From: the human T2T-CHM13v2.0 reference genome, Homo sapiens
Assembly (NCBI RefSeq): GCF_009914755.1
Contig: NC_060931.1
Strand: one strand, 5' to 3'
DNA: 64,000 nucleotides
Shown: positions 58,791 to 64,000 of the stretch, piece by piece
Numbering within the stretch: the stretch's first letter is position 1
How the letters are laid out: the number at the start of each line of letters is the position of its first letter
The notes under the pieces: model-generated
What the model saw: the letters and a program-made list of their open reading frames with translations, nothing else
Databases searched by the model: none
What the model was told of the DNA's origin: nothing
Made by a program: the position numbers and the translations under genes

Positions 58791-59334
58791 GTAAATACTA
58801 GATGAGTTACTTTTCTTGCTGATGACTTATACCTATCTCATCTTCTGGAGTTTTCCAAACAAATAACATTACAGACACCAGTGATTCCTGAGTATAAATA
58901 TCCCCAACACATTCAAAGTCCTTAGTGATGATGGCGAGATAGAAAATACATTATTGTGCAATTTAAGAAGATCATCTCTCAAAAATTATTTTTACAATTG
59001 CAGCGTAAACTGTAGAAGTCACTATGAGAAGCCCAATTTGTAGGACAATATTTATAGTAATAATCATATAATACGAAACCTGGAAATATAGAACATTCTG
59101 ACCTCCATGATTCCTTACTTATTATTCAGGAAAAAAATTTGGTAGTCATAAATATGCGAGAATTCGCCACATGAACTGAAGGGAAATTTCTTTGCACAAC
59201 AATAGAATCAAACAACCAAGCTCCTATGGATTCAGAGGTTCTAAGTTAAGTCTTCATTAAAGAGTATTATTTGGATAAAATGGTTATTACAACTCTATTG
59301 TTGTTTAAGAAATACTTTAAGAAATTCCTCAATG

Positions 59335-59694
<360 letters not shown>

Positions 59695-61059
59695 CTACTA
59701 CCAGAGATACTGCCTGCAACTTGGGTTTACACTGAGAAGGTATGAATTATGGAAAGCAAAGAAAACAAAGCTAATTTTATGCCCATAAAAGTTAATTATT
59801 TTTAAAACCAATATTATTTTTTATTTTGGCTGATTATTTTTAACCTCACATTCTACCAGTGTGTTAGTGCCCAAGAATAACCTTTCAGACTCTCAATACT
59901 ATCTAAGCAAAGGTTAGTGCCAGCTGATCTCAAGTCAATAAGTTGTCATGAGAGACAAAATGAAAATGTCAAGGGAATGTTGTGATTCTTACTTCAGAAG
60001 CAGGAACGTGGTATATAAGCAATTTGCCCCACCATAACACAAAATTAATGGTAATTTTTGTGTCATAGCTTTTTAAAATTCAGGAAAAGAGTTTTAAAAG
60101 GTGGTATGGCAGGATTTGAGCTACTTTACTTCTAAAGTGCTTGATTTTATAAAGAAGAGGTAGATAGGAAAACTTGAAATTTTTGGAAGTGAATGGGAAA
60201 TATACGCTTCATAGTGTTGAACAATTGTGATTTCCAAAATGAAGACTCTGCATTCTTTAAAATGGTTCAGCATTCCTTAAAATGGTGTGCTGTGAGCAGC
60301 AAAGGATTATCAATAATTCTCTTAACAAAGGTGACTACTCTATTATTAGCATACAACCTAGAAATGACTCATAGTAGCCCTGGAGAGCTGGTAGGGAAGT
60401 ATGGGTGTGTGCTGAGGGTGTGTTGGAAGATATCTAGGATTTCTATCCTGCATTCAGTCTCTGCTTCTGATTACCAGCCTTTGACATGCAGACAACCTAA
60501 AACATCTGAAAAAATTATAAATTTGAAACGAATACTGAATATAAGAAGCATCAAAAGCGTAGAGCTTTTTGCGTTTAATCCAAGAAAAACATATCAATTC
60601 TCCTTATATATAAGAATAAGGGCTGAGATGAATGAAAATTTAGAGAAAGATAAATAAAACAAGATTTTTAATCCTTACAGAGTTGGCTCTAAGGCCAAAA
60701 ACATACATTAATACAAGCTATTATTTTCAGATGATAATTTATATATTTGATTTAATATTAATAATCACTTTTCTATGAAATTTTGATTACAAAGACAATT
60801 TATCACAATTGACTTTAAAAAAATAAGTTTAGCAAAGGGCATAAAATCCTACAAAAATCAAATAATCTTTTTGGCTACCCAGTGATCTTAAAGAGTACAT
60901 GTAATCTTCTTCAACTTCATTTAATGTTTACAGTTGAAAATCACATAATCAGTTTTGGTCAAATATCAGCATGATGATTCTGTATATTTATTCACTATGA
61001 CAGGTAAATGCCTCAGGAAAGAAATACTTATGTCTACAGTGAGCAAGACAGGGCTAGCA

Positions 61060-61280
61060 TCCTAGGCTGTAAGTAGACTGGGGTTGACTCAGGAGTTGAA
61101 CCACGAATTAAATTTGTGATCCTGGCAAACTGCTCAATCTCTCAGTATCTCGGTATCCTCATACATAAGAAAGGGGTGATAATACTCATCTCACAGAGAG
61201 GTAATGAGATAATTCACACTCAGTCCTTATGCCAATGTTTTGCTCAATATGAATCTTCAGTGAATATTATCAGTTATTAA
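61060..61280 (+). mobile_element. MIR
   Basis: Degenerate core (tctcagtatctcggtatcctcatacataag). Confidence 0.55.
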
Positions 61281-61449
61281 AATTTATTTGCAAGTGTGAT
61301 GTTTGCATTACCCACGTTTGTCAATGCAGTGTTTCTGTGATATTCACTGTATTAAAGAAACCGGAGTTTCCCTTTTTATGTCTTCAATTCCTTTAGTTCA
61401 AACTTTCCATATCTTTTTTTATTCCTTGGATTTTAATATTTGTTTTCTA

Positions 61450-62760
61450 TTCTTTTTCTTTTTAAGGCAGTATTATATATAGTCAAATGGACAGACCTTA
61501 CATGTGCAATTTAATGAGTTGTGACAAATCTGTACACTTAGGCATTCAACATCCCTATCAGGATAGAAAACACTTCTATACTCTCAGAAAATTTCCTCTC
61601 ATGCCCCTCTCAGTCAATCCTCTCTGCCCCCCAACAACAAAGGCAACTGTTATCATATTTTTAAACCGTTGATTAGTTTGGCCTGTTCTAGAACTTCAAA
61701 TGAATGGTAAGTGCATGTTTAATAGTATAAGAAACTACCAAAAAAATTTTCCAACTTAACTCTTGCATTAGCAATGTTTCCAAGCTTAAATTTTTCCACA
61801 GATTCACAAATATTTGATATAGTCAGTGTTTCATGTTTTTAGCTATTCCAACAGATATATAGGAGTATTTCATTGTAATATTAATTTGTATTTACCCAAT
61901 GACTCATGAGGTCCAGCATTTTTAAGTGTTTATTTGTCATGAATATGTTTGTGAAGTGTCTGAATAAGTACTTTACCCTATATAAACTTGTTTTCTATTA
62001 TCAATTTGTTTCAGAGAGAGAGATATATAAAACTATATATGTATATATGCACATATACATATATAAATACATATATGTACATACCTATATAAATTGTATA
62101 TATAATTGCATATGTATACAATTGTATACATATACAATTTATATATGTATATATTTATATATATTTATATAAATGTATATATTTATGTATATTTATATAT
62201 TATAATATATTTATATATATTTATATAAATATATACATAAATATATACATATACAATTTATATAGGTATATATTTACATATGTATATACATATATAAATA
62301 CATATATATACACCTATATAAATTGTTTTATATAGGTGTATATATGTATGTATGCATGTATGTATTCTGGATTCAAATCTTTGCTCAGATATATTTTGTG
62401 AATATTTTGTAGCTTGCCTATTCCTCTTATTGATGTCTTTGGTAAACAGAATTTTGTTTCACTTATGCTGATATCTAGTTTAAAAAGTATTTATGGTTAT
62501 TGTTTTTGTGTCCTAAGACATTTTTGCTTACTCTGAGGTTCCAAAGATATTATTCCATGTTATATTCTAGAAGTTTTAGTATCTGAGCTTTGACTTTTTG
62601 GTCTATGATCCATCTTGAATCATTTTCTGTGTATGGTATAGAGTGAAGATTGAGGTTCATTTTTTTCCATGTTGATATCAAGTTGCTCCTGCACCATTTG
62701 CTTTCCACACTGATTTGCATAGGTGTCTTTTATAAAAAGTAAAAGATTGTATAAAAGTTA
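61450..62760 (-). mobile_element. Ancient L1M fragments containing an AT-rich expansion
   Basis: Antisense L1M motifs (gattagtttggcctgttctagaacttc, ggtctatgatccatcttgaat). Confidence 0.7.
62022..62365. repeat. TA-rich palindromic low-complexity tract
   Basis: About 340 nt of degenerate (TA)n with internal inverted repeats. Confidence 0.92.
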
Positions 62761-62762
62761 GT

Positions 62763-63325
62763 TGTGGCTGTTTGTGTTTTACAGTGATATACACAATACC
62801 TCCCATGCCACAGTTCCTTACATATGTGACTTCAACACTACTATCATTGAGAAATATAGTCTTTGTGCTCTCCTTTTAAAATTGAGTAAGGCTTTCTCAT
62901 GTTGCAACCAATAGAATACTCTGGAACTAATACCATGTAACTTCTGAAGCTACGTATAAAAAGGCAATGAAACTTCCTCTTTGTTTGTTTAAATATACGC
63001 ACTTGAGGCCCTGAGCAAGCCCAAACTACCGAAGTGAAAAGACTCCCTTGGAGAAACCTGAGGATACATGAAGGAAGAGATGCCAGCCAGATCCTTACTG
63101 CTACAACTGCAGCTGTCGTCTGATTACAACTCCATTAAAGAGTACAAACCAGAACCACCCAGCTAAGCCTTTCCAAATTCTTGACCCAGAGAAACTGAGG
63201 GATATAGTAATTGTTTTATTAAGGGAATGAGTTTTATGATGGCTTGTTATACAGCAATAGTTATCCAAATTACATTTTGGTTTTAGAAATGGGCACTGCC
63301 ATAACAAAACCTAAAACCTTTGGCT
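62763..63325 (+). mobile_element. MLT1 (G/H-like) LTR plus start of internal region
   Basis: LTR motifs (accaatagaat, cacccagctaagcc, gttatacagcaatag) then ttttgg...gggcactgccataacaaaacctaaaa typical of MaLR-int start. Confidence 0.7.
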
Positions 63326-63341
63326 TTAAAGATTATCTTTT

Positions 63342-63610
63342 GGCCAGGTAAGGTGGCTCACTCCTATAAGCCCAGCATTTTGGGAAACTAAGGCAGGCAG
63401 ATTGCCTGAGCCCAGGAGACAAGCCTGGGCAACATGGTGAAACTCCGTCTCTACAAAAAATACAAAAATTAGCCATGCCTGATGGCTCATGCTTGTAGTC
63501 CCAGCTACTCAGGAGGCTGAGATGGGAGGATTACTTGAGCTTAGGAGGCCGAGGCTGCAGTGATCCAAGATCTTGCCACTGTACTTGAGCGTGGGAGACA
63601 GAGCAAGAGT
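63342..63610 (+). mobile_element. AluJ with (TATG)n tail
   Basis: J diagnostics (tgagcccagg, gaggctgcagtga); followed by (TATG)n and TA-rich DNA to about 63765. Confidence 0.9.
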
Positions 63611-64000
63611 ATGTATGTATGTATGTATGTATGTATGTATGTATGTATGTATCTATCTACCATATATATAGATACTATATATAGATACATATACATAATA
63701 CATATAGATATAAAAATATATCTTTTTGTAGATATATATAGATATAAATATATAGATATCTTTTTAAAACAATAGAGCTTGTAAGAATTTAAAGATATAA
63801 TCCCATGATAGTCACACAAAGAGCATAAGGAATACAAAAGAACTTTCTAGATATGGCTCCAGTTTAATGGAATATCTTATAAATTGACATGTAAAAACTC
63901 AGGTGTTCTTTTTATTGGATGATCCCTATTTCTCTGTCTTCAGGTTTACTGAATGTTGTTCTGCTATCTCCAATCTTTAATTCATGCAGTAAGTTTTTAA

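Overview
AT-rich primate (most likely human) genomic DNA lying wholly inside SEMA3D (semaphorin 3D), transcribed on the minus strand. Six internal coding exons (43649-43809, 27361-27423, 18806-18925, 14035-14128, 11264-11392, 1552-1694; 710 nt in total) splice in frame to give the N-terminal half of the Sema domain ([11 protein letters not shown]...SRVGRVCK, about residues 51-287 by recall of the human protein). The signal-peptide exon and the 3' exons are outside the window. The introns carry about 10 full-length Alus, 2 FLAMs, 2 THE1 solo LTRs, MLT1 and LTR16 pieces, Tigger3a, MER5B, MER94, many L1M/L2/MIR fragments, a tailless U2 retropseudogene and several microsatellites. I see no unknown protein-coding system; the other listed ORFs are repeat or low-complexity artefacts. 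The most notable unexplained structures are: (1) a ~240-bp inverted duplication of apparently unique DNA 3.1 kb apart, one copy embedded in a TA-microsatellite; (2) a ~178-nt AG-free zone with a distant TACTAAT branch point and ~150-nt pyrimidine tract before the exon at 43809; (3) a GC splice donor with a competing GT 5 nt upstream; (4) two AluYs of different age sharing one target-site duplication present three times; (5) a 25-bp template-switch hairpin in an L1 3' UTR that pairs fully on the sense strand. Boundaries of old repeats and subfamily names are by-eye estimates.
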